Shown here: positions 20,760 through 30,696 of the stretch, one piece after another | Numbering within the stretch: position 1 is the stretch's first letter | Layout of the letters: each line of letters opens with the position of its first letter | Source of the DNA: Nitrososphaeraceae archaeon | GTDB taxonomy: Archaea > Thermoproteota > Nitrososphaeria > Nitrososphaerales > Nitrososphaeraceae | Reading direction: 5' to 3' | NCBI GenBank assembly: GCA_035250975.1 | Contig: DATFEP010000040.1 | Location: 1 to 64,000 of the forward strand | Length of the DNA stretch: 64,000 nt | The notes under the pieces: generated by a model | Database searches by the model: none | The model's input: the letters and a program-made list of their open reading frames with translations, nothing else | What the model was told of the DNA's origin: nothing | Position numbers and translations under genes: made by a program

Positions 20760-22100
20760 TTGATGACTAAGGTGATAACTGAGGAAATTTCCTCGCTTAT
20801 TTCTGAATTTGGGGACGTCAGAAAATTAACTGATAACCTTTTCAAGTCCCTCAAGATAGAGGATGCCGTTATCCAATCCGACCCGTTTGGAAGCCCGCCA
20901 AATTGGCATATATCTCATGTAACATGGTTCTTTCATAAGATATTGACAAAATATGGAATTAAGGTATCTTTTGAAAATATAAATTTAGATTATCTAAATT
21001 CTTATTATCAAAAATTTGAAACGATTTTACCAAAAAATGAAAGAGGAAGATTTCCACGACCGACTGTATCAGAGAGTCTTCTCTATAGAAAGCAAATTGA
21101 AAAGAATGTCATTTCCTTTTTAGAAGCACTAGGCAATGAAAAACACCTCTTGCCAAACATCCTGTATGATATACAATTAGGGAATCAACATGAAATGCAA
21201 CATCAAGAATTGATGATTTATGATTTTCAAAACTATTTTGAGAGGTTTCCTGATCCACACGATAACTACAAACCTTTTAAAGTTAACAAGGACCCAGAAA
21301 AAACTATTTCAGAAGAACAGCGTAAAGAGATGATATCTATCCCAGGTGGAATATATCAACTTGGATATTCTGGAGAAGGTTTCTCTTATGATAATGAACT
21401 ACCAGAGCACAATGTGTTTTTGTATCCCTTTAAAATAGATACTACACCTGTATCCAACGAAGATTTCATGAGATTTATTGACGATGGTGGATACCAAAAA
21501 TACAGGTATTGGCTGTCTGATGGATGGGATCATGTTCAGGAATTTGATTGGCAATGTCCTCTTTACTGGTTTAAAAGGAATGGTGTATGGATGAAAAAAG
21601 ATTTTTTTGGAGTAAATCCAGTAGATCCTGATGAGCCTGTAATAAATATCAGTTACTATGAAGCTGATGCTTACGCAAGATGGGCAGGAAAAAGATTGCC
21701 TACTGAAACAGAATGGGAAAAGGCATCTAGTTGGAATGAAGATCTAAATAGAAAAACAATTTATCCTTGGGGGGATGATTCTCCAAAGCCCGAAAACGCC
21801 AACCTGTTAGAATCTTTTCTTTGGAAAACATCTAAATGTGGTTGTTATGAAAAGGGAAAGAGCTTCTACGGGTGTTATCAAATGATTGGCGATATTTGGG
21901 AATGGACAAGCTCTGAATACTCACTTTATCCAGGATTTCAACCAAAATTTCCGGAGTACACCGATAAATGGGCTATAAACCAAAAAGTTTTGCGCGGCGG
22001 ATGTTTTGCAACACCACGACGTCAAATTCGAAACAGCTATAGAAACTACTTCAAACCCCACGAACGGATCCTCTTTGCAGGATTTCGTTGTGCAAAATAA
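20760..22100 (+). CDS. egtB: Ergothioneine sulfoxide synthase EgtB (DinB + FGE-sulfatase domains)
   Basis: SPPNWHISHVTWFF, LNSYY, QHEMQHQELM iron ligands, RLPTETEWEKA, YRNYF..GFRC. Confidence 0.9.
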   Translation: MMTKVITEEISSLISEFGDVRKLTDNLFKSLKIEDAVIQSDPFGSPPNWHISHVTWFFHKILTKYGIKVSFENINLDYLNSYYQKFETILPKNERGRFPRPTVSESLLYRKQIEKNVISFLEALGNEKHLLPNILYDIQLGNQHEMQHQELMIYDFQNYFERFPDPHDNYKPFKVNKDPEKTISEEQRKEMISIPGGIYQLGYSGEGFSYDNELPEHNVFLYPFKIDTTPVSNEDFMRFIDDGGYQKYRYWLSDGWDHVQEFDWQCPLYWFKRNGVWMKKDFFGVNPVDPDEPVINISYYEADAYARWAGKRLPTETEWEKASSWNEDLNRKTIYPWGDDSPKPENANLLESFLWKTSKCGCYEKGKSFYGCYQMIGDIWEWTSSEYSLYPGFQPKFPEYTDKWAINQKVLRGGCFATPRRQIRNSYRNYFKPHERILFAGFRCAK

Positions 22101-22102
22101 TC

Positions 22103-23092
22103 TTAATTTGGAACCAAAAGAGATAAACTAAACCAGTTGTTATCATCTAAAAAGTTTTTTTCCACCTTCATTTTACTTTTTTTAGCGATATTTTCAATAT
22201 CTTCTAACCTGTACTTGTAAGAATTTTCAGTATGGATTGTCTCATTCTTTAAAAAATTAAATGATTTGTTAATTTTTCCTATCTTAACATTTTGTTTGAT
22301 TTTTGAAACAAGATGCATTTCAATTCTACTTTTTTTTTCGTTAAAGTAAGCAAAGTGCTTAAATGATTCTAAATCAAATTCTCCATCTAATTCATTATTT
22401 ATTCTCCTTAAAATGTTTAAATTGAATTGAGCTGTTATTCCATTGTCGTCGTTATAAGCTGCTTCCAAAACCTCTTTTTTCTTTACAATATCAAATCCTA
22501 TCAAAAAAGAATCATCTGGGGCTAATCCTTTTCTAATGCATGTTAAAAAATTGATGGCATTTTTTGGCTCAAAGTTTCCCAAACTTGAACCAAAGAATAG
22601 TATCAATTTTTTATCTGGAATGTTACCATTAGAACGAATATATTCATTAGCTTGTCTTATTCCATCAAAATAATCAGAGGATATTGGATAACTCGTAATT
22701 TTTGGAAAATCCTTTAGCAGTTTTTTATTACTATTGAACAACATTTCGTAAGATACATCTATTGGAAAATAATGCAATTTGTTCTCTTGTTTTTCCAGAA
22801 AATATTTGAGGATTATTTTGGTTTTCTTAGAGCTACCACTACCTAATTCAATAATGGACACATTTTGATTGTCAAAATAATTAACTAAATCTCCTATATT
22901 TTTTAGTATTATTTTGTATTCCGTTCTAGTTAAATAATATTCAGGTTGAGTACAAATTGATTCAAAAAGTTCTGAGCCTGTCTTATCATAAAAGTATTTT
23001 GGGTCAAGTCTCTTTCTTTTTCGGCCTAATCCATATTTTACATCTCTGGCAAATTCATCAATAGTTGTGTTACTCTTATTTTGATCCGACAA
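22103..23092 (-). CDS. egtD: L-histidine N-alpha-methyltransferase EgtD
   Basis: PKYFYD..GSELFE.I...PEYYLTRTE, ELGSGSSKKT, AAYND..GITAQFNLNIL, RIEMHL, IHTENSYKY. Confidence 0.92.
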   Translation of the reverse strand: MSDQNKSNTTIDEFARDVKYGLGRKRKRLDPKYFYDKTGSELFESICTQPEYYLTRTEYKIILKNIGDLVNYFDNQNVSIIELGSGSSKKTKIILKYFLEKQENKLHYFPIDVSYEMLFNSNKKLLKDFPKITSYPISSDYFDGIRQANEYIRSNGNIPDKKLILFFGSSLGNFEPKNAINFLTCIRKGLAPDDSFLIGFDIVKKKEVLEAAYNDDNGITAQFNLNILRRINNELDGEFDLESFKHFAYFNEKKSRIEMHLVSKIKQNVKIGKINKSFNFLKNETIHTENSYKYRLEDIENIAKKSKMKVEKNFLDDNNWFSLSLLVPN

Positions 23093-23670
23093 ATGCTATA
23101 TCAATTTGCACTTGATATTTATTAAATTCTTTGAAATTAGTGGAAAAGTTGGTATAATTTTCATTTGACGGCATAAGCACAGCATAGTCTTTTTTTAAGA
23201 AAATGTGTGCAATTATATGACCCATTAAATACATTATAGTTAAATCAAAATTAACTCATGAATTTGATCCTATAGTTTTTATATTTTTTAATAATGAAAA
23301 AAGGTTCATATTTAAAAACAAATAACGTATTAATAAAAAATTATCACCAAATTAAAAGTTAATGAAAATATATTTATTCTTGCTGTCTATTGGTATTGCA
23401 AATAAAATGAAAATCTTCCGTTATATTTCATTTTGTATTTAATGATGATCAATGTTTTTGAAGAAGAAAAAAATTATTGTATATAGGTAATTTTAAATTC
23501 AAAACAGAGTACAAAAATCATCAGAATTTTGGTATCAAAATTAGTCAGGATCAAATTTAGATTAAAAATTCCGGATCTATTGTCAGTTGATTTTGGATGA
23601 TAACTCTAAATATCCAAGCTAAAATTGTATTATTGTCAGGCAAAATTGTTAAAAACTCTAATTTTGAGTT

Positions 23671-23777
23671 GGAGGAGTCGCGAAGCCTGGTCAAACGCGC
23701 AGGACTCAAGATCAAATCCTGAATAATGGGTGATCCCGTCCTTTAGGGGTTCGTGGGTTCAAATCCCACCTCCTCCA
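23671..23777 (+). tRNA. tRNA-Leu(CAA) with 22-nt intron at canonical 37/38 (23711-23732)
   Basis: Acceptor GGAGGAG/CTCCTCC, CT-CAA-G anticodon loop, long variable arm, GTGGG-TTCAAAT-CCCAC; splice helix CUCA/UGGG. Confidence 0.9.
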
Positions 23778-23981
23778 TTTAATTTTTATAATATTATATA
23801 TCTATGACCATGTATTGTTAAATGATATTAGTAATCCTTTTTTTTTCTTATTTATCATATTTTTTCAAAAAATTTCTAGAGTATATTGGTGTCCACAATA
23901 AATTAATTTCAGTATGTAATACTAAAGTAATAAAGCTAGTAGTACGTTTGTTATATATTAGAGGTTTTTGACTGCCATTTT

Positions 23982-24769
23982 ATGGTTCAGAACTTACATA
24001 GAGATCCTCAAGGTATTAACAAAAACAACAAAGAAGTTAAAAAGATAGATCTACACAAGTGTCTACAGATATAAACAAAAACAACAAAGAAGTTAAAAAG
24101 GATAGACATAAACGTATACGTCTGACAGTGCGTATTTCAGACGAAGAATATCAATACTACTCTTTAATGCTGAGCATATTTAATGGTCTGACCGTAAATG
24201 GTAAACCGGTTTTCGGCAAGTTTCTTAGTATGCCTAGTTTCTGCAAAATAACACTGCGGTTTATCTGTAATACCTATAGATAACCTGTTTACTGACTGAG
24301 GTATTGTTGAGAAGATGAATGATCTGGACACCATTGTAAAATTTATAAAATTCCGAGATAAATATATGAAAAATCCAAATAATAATCAAATATTACTCAA
24401 AGCAGCTATTATATCTTTACTAATAATATTAAGTATTATACAAAGTTCAACAGCTCAACGCCATGATGGTCATAGACGTTATAGATATGATGATGACGAC
24501 CGCTATTGACAAAAAGATTTTTAATTAACTGTTAGATTAATCAGCAATGAAGACGAAAGATGCCAGATTTTACTTTAGGAGCTGCTGGAGAAAAACAATA
24601 CATACACGATGAAGAATTTGAGGATGATGGAAAAGCAAACGTAAAATTCTACTTGGATGACGTAGATAATATAGAGAGAGTACGCATTACCAATGAAAGA
24701 CATGATTTTGATACGTGTAAGACATTTAAGACCTACCGTGAAGTTACTGTTAATTTCTATTTAGACTAA
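23982..24769 (+). pseudogene. Cluster of fragmented small ORFs downstream of tRNA-Leu (RHH-like DNA-binding fragment and a split secreted protein)
   Basis: RIRLTVRISDEEY ribbon-helix-helix-like segment. Signal-peptide ORF 24315-24509 appears to continue through stops and a frameshift into 24560-24769. Confidence 0.45.
24018..24100 (+). repeat. 27-bp direct repeat, period 56 bp
   Basis: aacaaaaacaacaaagaagttaaaaag at 24018-24044 and 24074-24100. Confidence 0.9.
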
Positions 24770-24971
24770 TATACTAAAAATTTTTTTTCATAGTCTTAGT
24801 AGAATGAAAACAACAAAGTAATTTTTAAATAATAAAATTTAAAACATGCCTTCCTTTGTCAGAATTCAATCTTTGAATTTGGAATTTCTTATATTGATGT
24901 TGTGAATATATACAAAGTATGCAATCCTATATTTCCTCTATTAATGACATACATTTCTCTGGTGTGTAAAT

Positions 24972-25868
24972 GTGATTAGGTCTGATACCATAACAAATTA
25001 CTTGACTCTCATAAGGCTTCCAAATATTTTTACCACTATACCAAATATCCTTGTGGGATATTTTCTATTTACTCATATAAAGGATACAAATTATATTGAT
25101 CTGTTTTTTTTGATATCTATTTCTATTTTATTGTATATTGGAGGAATAGTTTTAAATGATTATGTCGACTTAAAAAAAGACAAAAAAGAAAGACCATCAC
25201 GACCTCTTCCTTCAAACAAAATTCCAAAGAAAAATGCTCTCTATATTTACATTATATCTATTTCATCTTCGTTAATTTTATCTATATTAACAAGTGTCAA
25301 TGGCTTTTTGATAACTGTTATAATAATTGTTTTAATTTTTATCTATAATTTATACTCAAAAGAAAGATCGTTGGGACCTGTAAATATGGGATTGATAAGA
25401 AGCTTGAACGTTCTATTAGGTTCAAGTATTTCTTTTTCCTTGTTCGATCTACAATTTATTGGCCTTAAGGTTATTATTATTCTCTTTTTTGAATTCTTAT
25501 ATGTTTTTATAATTACATTTACAAGCAGAAACGAAGTCAAAAAAGATTCTACAGAGAGCCACTTTCTGTTATCATTTTCTATAATTTATTTAATAATATT
25601 TTCAATTTTATTTTTAATTTTTATTGACATCTTTAACTTCGATTCAATAATAAATACCATAATATTTACAGTTGCTATAGTTTATTCACACCTATATTTC
25701 TACAAGAATAAAGTCTCCATACAAAAATTAATATCATTGCTCATAATTTTTATGGTTATATACGATTCAATTTTTATCGCCGATAGCATAGGATATTTAT
25801 ACGGTTCCACCGTACTTCTTTTAATACCTCTTATTATATTTCTTGGAAAAAAGATGTATATGACATAG
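24972..25868 (+). CDS. UbiA-family prenyltransferase, EboC/SCO3242-like
   Basis: YLTLIRLPNIFT, GGIVLNDYVD...DKKERPSRPLPS, GPVNMGLIRSLNVLLG; multiple TM helices. Confidence 0.85.
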   Translation: MIRSDTITNYLTLIRLPNIFTTIPNILVGYFLFTHIKDTNYIDLFFLISISILLYIGGIVLNDYVDLKKDKKERPSRPLPSNKIPKKNALYIYIISISSSLILSILTSVNGFLITVIIIVLIFIYNLYSKERSLGPVNMGLIRSLNVLLGSSISFSLFDLQFIGLKVIIILFFEFLYVFIITFTSRNEVKKDSTESHFLLSFSIIYLIIFSILFLIFIDIFNFDSIINTIIFTVAIVYSHLYFYKNKVSIQKLISLLIIFMVIYDSIFIADSIGYLYGSTVLLLIPLIIFLGKKMYMT

Positions 25869-25971
25869 CTTTTTATTTTTAGTATCTTAAAGAGGACACC
25901 TTTTATAGAAAAAATCCATTTTTAAACCATATTCTTTAAATCTAGTAACACCCAGATACTAATACAAATTC

Positions 25972-27303
25972 ATGAAAAGACATATTATAGTTATTGATAT
26001 AGTTGGATTAGAAGAAAAACATCTTGCTTCTAACTATCTTCCTACAATAAACAATCTTGCAAACCTTGGAGAATATTGCAAACTAAAACCGGTATTTCCA
26101 GCAGTTACCAGTTCTGTACAGACTAGCTTCTTAACTGGTGAATATCCAAATAGACATGGAATCGTATCAAACGGTTTTATGGATCGCAATACATATAATG
26201 TATCATTTTGGGAACAATATTCTTCGTTAGTTCAAGCTCCTAGAGTATGGGATCTTATAAAGAGAAGAGATCCTAACTTAAATACTGCAGTACTTTTTTG
26301 GCAGAATACTCTATTTGCAAATTCAGATGTTATAATAACTCCAAAACCCATCCATCTAGAAAATAAGATGATCATGTGGTGCTATTCAAAACCTGTTGGT
26401 TATTATGAAGAGATTGGGGGAAAAATTGGTAATTTCGACTTATCAAAATATTGGGGGCCATTCGCATCACACTTATCTAGCGAATGGATTTGTAATGCAA
26501 CTCAATATACCATCGAAAAATATAAACCTAATCTGATGTTTACGTATATTCCTCATGTTGATTATTCAGCTCAAAGATTTGGAAAAGATAGTAGTGAAGT
26601 TCATAACGATCTAGTAAAGGCTGATAGGCTTGTTGAAAGGATTATCGAATCTACAAAGACCGTTGGAATCTACGATAATACTGAATTTATAATTTTTTCA
26701 GAATATTCTTTTAATAACGTTACTGATGCTATCCCTATCAATTTGGTTCTTAGGGATAATTCTATGCTAAATGTTAGAGAGATAAATGGAAAAGAATACG
26801 TAGATTTTGAATTCAGTAAAGCATTTGCTGTAGTTGATCATCAAGTTGCCAATATTTATGTTAAATTTAGTCAAGAATTCAACAACGTGTTAAAAATCCT
26901 TCAAAATATTCCTGATATAGAAATAATAATAACTAATGAAGAGAAAAAATTTTTTAATATTAACCATGAACGTACAGGAGATATTATAGCAGTCTCAAAA
27001 CGTAATAAATGGTTTAGTTACTACTGGTGGTACGATAAGGAACATGCACCAGATTTTGCCAACCGTGTGGATATCCATAGAAAACCAGGTTATGATCCAC
27101 TTGAATTATTTATTAATCCTCAAACCAAATCTATTCCATTTGAAACTAATTTAATTAAAGGTTCACATGGACGACCGTTCAATCCACAAACCTTGGAAGG
27201 TTGTTCACTTTATGTTTCTAATGTTAAATCTGGTATTCAAAAGGACTCTGAAAATGCCATCAACGTAGTAGATGTTGGAAAATATTTGATTGGTTCTATC
27301 TAA
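25972..27303 (+). CDS. Alkaline phosphatase/nucleotide pyrophosphatase superfamily protein, EboF-like
   Basis: FPAVTSSVQTSFLTG..P..HGIVSNG, AVVDHQVA, YYWWYD...APDFANRVDIHRKPGYDPLELF, KGSHGR. Confidence 0.88.
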   Translation: MKRHIIVIDIVGLEEKHLASNYLPTINNLANLGEYCKLKPVFPAVTSSVQTSFLTGEYPNRHGIVSNGFMDRNTYNVSFWEQYSSLVQAPRVWDLIKRRDPNLNTAVLFWQNTLFANSDVIITPKPIHLENKMIMWCYSKPVGYYEEIGGKIGNFDLSKYWGPFASHLSSEWICNATQYTIEKYKPNLMFTYIPHVDYSAQRFGKDSSEVHNDLVKADRLVERIIESTKTVGIYDNTEFIIFSEYSFNNVTDAIPINLVLRDNSMLNVREINGKEYVDFEFSKAFAVVDHQVANIYVKFSQEFNNVLKILQNIPDIEIIITNEEKKFFNINHERTGDIIAVSKRNKWFSYYWWYDKEHAPDFANRVDIHRKPGYDPLELFINPQTKSIPFETNLIKGSHGRPFNPQTLEGCSLYVSNVKSGIQKDSENAINVVDVGKYLIGSI

Positions 27304-27315
27304 CCAAATTATAGG

Positions 27316-28170
27316 GTGCTATCCTTGATAAATTATTGTATCACACTCAATTCATTTCATAATACTCAATCACTCGAGAAAATTCTGGAAAATCTAGTGA
27401 GATGTAATTATGATGGAATAGAAATTGAGGGAACCCCAAATCAATTTTCTTGGAAACAATATCTGGATAAGATAAAGTGCTATAATTTATCAGTAATCGG
27501 GGTAACCGGAGCGTGGACAAAAAGAGATGTTGAAAACGGACATACTCCCATTCTTCTAACAAATGATTATAATAAATTATCATATTCAATAACATATATC
27601 CAAAATTGTATTAAAATGTGTAACTATTTAGGTGGTAACTTATTTAATATCTGTTTGTTATCTGATTATTCAGAATCACAAGATTTCAATCATAGATATA
27701 TTTCTCCCCGAGAAAAAAAGAAATCTTTGCAACAAATAACTTCAATTTTATCAGATCTATCAAAATTCTCCCAAGAATATGGCGTATATATCTTATTAGA
27801 ACCCTTGAATAGATATTCGACACCCTATTTTGTTCAAGCAAAAGATGCTATAGATCTTTCTTCAAAGATTAGTCATGACCACCTACTCCTCTTATTAGAT
27901 ACATATCACATGAATATTGAGGAAAAAAATTTTGCTGAAGTAATCAATGACAGTAAAAAATTTCTAAAACACATTCACTTATCCGATAATAATAGACTAA
28001 TGCCAGGACGAGGTCATATAGATTTTGACTTGATAATAAAATCATTAAAAAATATTAATTACAAAAATAAAATCAGTTTTGAAACTATTCTTCCCCGTAA
28101 AAACTATACAGCAGATCTTAAATACGGTCTTAATTATATAAAAAAAATATCAAAAAAATACGATTTATGA
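27316..28170 (+). CDS. Sugar phosphate isomerase/epimerase (xylose isomerase-like TIM barrel)
   Basis: LEPLNRYST, LDTYHMNIEE, HIHLSDNNRLMPGRGHIDF. Confidence 0.88.
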   Translation: MLSLINYCITLNSFHNTQSLEKILENLVRCNYDGIEIEGTPNQFSWKQYLDKIKCYNLSVIGVTGAWTKRDVENGHTPILLTNDYNKLSYSITYIQNCIKMCNYLGGNLFNICLLSDYSESQDFNHRYISPREKKKSLQQITSILSDLSKFSQEYGVYILLEPLNRYSTPYFVQAKDAIDLSSKISHDHLLLLLDTYHMNIEEKNFAEVINDSKKFLKHIHLSDNNRLMPGRGHIDFDLIIKSLKNINYKNKISFETILPRKNYTADLKYGLNYIKKISKKYDL

Positions 28171-28232
28171 CAAACAATCGTTTTAAACGATTCAATAAAG
28201 AATTCTATATCTTACCTCCAAATTTATTGATC

Positions 28233-29171
28233 CTAGAAATGTTTTTTCAAATCTTCCTGCCATGCAATTAAACTGTTAATATCCGAGGTTACATAATCCG
28301 GATTGAGGTCTTTAGCGATCGACAAAATTTCTCGTTTTACAAATATGATTATCTTGATTTCTTCAGTCAATTTATTTTTTAAAAATTTCGCAGTTGTAAA
28401 TAGAAATCGAAGAGAAGTTTCTTCTGAGGAAAAGATAAAAATATTCTTTAATCCTTTTTTACGATCCCATGATTTGGTTATATACCTTTGAATGTCTATA
28501 TCAAAAAAGGGATCTATATGAAGTTCTATATTTCCTACATAATTAGTATGATATCCTATTATTTCAGATGCTATTGAAGCAATTTTAGAATTATATGTTT
28601 GATCTTCATTTCCAGCTATGAATATATTATATACATTATAATTAGCTGTTTCCCTATGATGATGCTGCGAGAGTAAAATCATCAAGTCAAATAATTGGTT
28701 ATTTAACGAAATTAATTCTGTTTCTCCTAATCTTCCTCGATTGTAAATCTCATTCAAAGTATTAAATGAAGGAATAAAAATATCTTTGATTATTCTAATA
28801 ATATTCCTATCTGAATAAATAGTACTTAATAATATTTTACCTGTTTCGTTCTTATTATTACCTAATAATGCAGTAATAAAATTTTGTTGTATTTGCAAAT
28901 AATTTAAAGGAAGTTCTAATTCCATGACGCCCGGTTCCAATGTCCAAATATTTACCGAACCAATTTTCTTTCTTTTAATTAATCCTATTACTGCCAAAAT
29001 GTTAAGATATTTCGTTATGGTCATTCGATTTACATGAAGGGAATCAGCTAATTCGACACTAGACATGCCTGCATCATTCTTTTTCAAAGTTTCAATAACT
29101 TTATGTTTAATTTCATCAATTGTATATCTTCTATACAATAATCTAAGATTATTCATAGAATACAAAAACAT
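28233..29171 (-). CDS. HTH transcriptional regulator with degenerate cobalamin-binding-like domains
   Basis: N-terminal wHTH (GMSSVELADSLHVNRMTITKYLNIL); helical cap and Rossmann-like C-terminus resemble B12-binding folds but lack the HxxG ligand. Confidence 0.65.
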   Translation of the reverse strand: MFLYSMNNLRLLYRRYTIDEIKHKVIETLKKNDAGMSSVELADSLHVNRMTITKYLNILAVIGLIKRKKIGSVNIWTLEPGVMELELPLNYLQIQQNFITALLGNNKNETGKILLSTIYSDRNIIRIIKDIFIPSFNTLNEIYNRGRLGETELISLNNQLFDLMILLSQHHHRETANYNVYNIFIAGNEDQTYNSKIASIASEIIGYHTNYVGNIELHIDPFFDIDIQRYITKSWDRKKGLKNIFIFSSEETSLRFLFTTAKFLKNKLTEEIKIIIFVKREILSIAKDLNPDYVTSDINSLIAWQEDLKKHF

Positions 29172-29291
29172 TTAGCATGTTCACTCAATTTTATCAACAG
29201 TACATCATATTCTTTAGTATTTGATTCTGGTGTTAGATTCTAGTGTCACCAAAAAGTTTAAATTTAATGTAATTATTGGCATCGCCTAACT

Positions 29292-30509
29292 ATGGTTAAA
29301 GAAAAATGTGTACTTGCCTATTCTGGTGGTCTTGATACTTCAGTATGTATAAAGTATTTACAGTTATTGCATGATCTAGATGTAGTTACTGTTACCGTAA
29401 ACATTGGACAGAATGATGATTTCGAAGAGATAGCAAATAGATCTAAACAAGTAGGTGCGATAAAACATTATAATATTGATGCTTCCTCAGAATTCACCCA
29501 AAATCACATCATTCCATCTATAAAAGCAAACGGATTGTATGAAAATCGATATCCGTTAGCTACAGCCTTAGCAAGACCCTTAATAGCTAAAAAAGCTGTA
29601 GATATAGCATCAAAGGAAAATGCAAAATATATTGCACACGGATGTACCGGCAAAGGTAACGATCAAATAAGATTCGATATTACTATTAGATGCTTAAATC
29701 CTGATCTAAAAATTATTGCTCCTATTCGTGATTTGAATCTGACAAGAGATAAAGAAATACAGTTTGCCAACGAACATAAAATACCTGTAAATACTGAGGT
29801 AAAGAAATATAGCATTGACGAAAATTTATGGGGCAGATCTATTGAAGGTGGCGATCTAGAGGATCTATTAAATGAACCACCAGATGAGTGTTTCAAATAT
29901 GTCAAGTTTGATAATCCGAAAGCCGGATATTTAGAAATTGATTTTGAAGCTGGTATTCCTGTCTGTGTAGAAGGACAAAGAATGAATTTGACAGATTTGA
30001 TAAAGTACATAAATATCAAGGCAGGGTCTTATGGGGTAGGCATAATTGACCATTTGGAAGATAGAGTAATAGGTATCAAATCTAGAGAAATTTATGAATG
30101 TCCAGCTGCTTGTGTCTTGATCGAATCACACCAAGATCTTGAAAAAATGGTTTTAACTTCCCATGAATTACGATTTAAACATTTGGTAGACCAACAATGG
30201 AGTTGGATGACCTACTCAGGACTGTGGCAAGATCCATTGGTAAACGATTTGGATAGGTTTATAGATGCAACGCAAAACAGAGTTACAGGAACAGTAAAGA
30301 TGAGAATGCAAAACGGTTCTATGAGGGTTGTAGGAAGAAGATCAGAATTCTCTTTATACAAAAACGAATTGGCAACTTATTCTTCTGGTTCTATTTTTGA
30401 TCAAACATTAGCGAAGGGTTTTGTTGAATTATGGGGATTACAATCGGTTACTGCAAATTCTATAGCAATTAATTTAAATAAAAAAGAGAATAAAGGAGAA
30501 GAACAATAG
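29292..30509 (+). CDS. argG: Argininosuccinate synthase
   Basis: LAYSGGLDTS, HGCTGKGNDQIRF, SIDENLWGRS, GIKSREIYE. Confidence 0.97.
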   Translation: MVKEKCVLAYSGGLDTSVCIKYLQLLHDLDVVTVTVNIGQNDDFEEIANRSKQVGAIKHYNIDASSEFTQNHIIPSIKANGLYENRYPLATALARPLIAKKAVDIASKENAKYIAHGCTGKGNDQIRFDITIRCLNPDLKIIAPIRDLNLTRDKEIQFANEHKIPVNTEVKKYSIDENLWGRSIEGGDLEDLLNEPPDECFKYVKFDNPKAGYLEIDFEAGIPVCVEGQRMNLTDLIKYINIKAGSYGVGIIDHLEDRVIGIKSREIYECPAACVLIESHQDLEKMVLTSHELRFKHLVDQQWSWMTYSGLWQDPLVNDLDRFIDATQNRVTGTVKMRMQNGSMRVVGRRSEFSLYKNELATYSSGSIFDQTLAKGFVELWGLQSVTANSIAINLNKKENKGEEQ

Positions 30510-30510
30510 A

Positions 30511-30684
30511 ATGAAGAAAGAATGTAGTGATTGTGGAGGAGAAATAAATATTCCAGACGATGCCGTGGTTGGCGAAATTGTTTCATGTCCTGATTGCGGA
30601 GGCGACTTTGAAATATCTTCAAAGTCAAATGGTAACATTGAATTAAAAAATGCAGAATCCGTAGGAGAAGACTGGGGAGAATAA
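30511..30684 (+). CDS. lysW: Amino-group carrier protein LysW/ArgW copy 1 (57 aa, canonical EDWGE end)
   Basis: Manual translation MKKECSDCGGEINIPDDAVVGEIVSCPDCGGDFEISSKSNGNIELKNAESVGEDWGE; below ORF-track cutoff. Confidence 0.95.
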   Translation: MKKECSDCGGEINIPDDAVVGEIVSCPDCGGDFEISSKSNGNIELKNAESVGEDWGE

Positions 30685-30696
30685 ACTTGAAAAAAA

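Noticed and set aside
24018-24100. 27-bp repeats with a 29-bp spacer as a mini-CRISPR
   Set aside because: Only two A-rich copies, inside a coding-like frame, with no leader or cas genes; no CRISPR array was seen anywhere in the window
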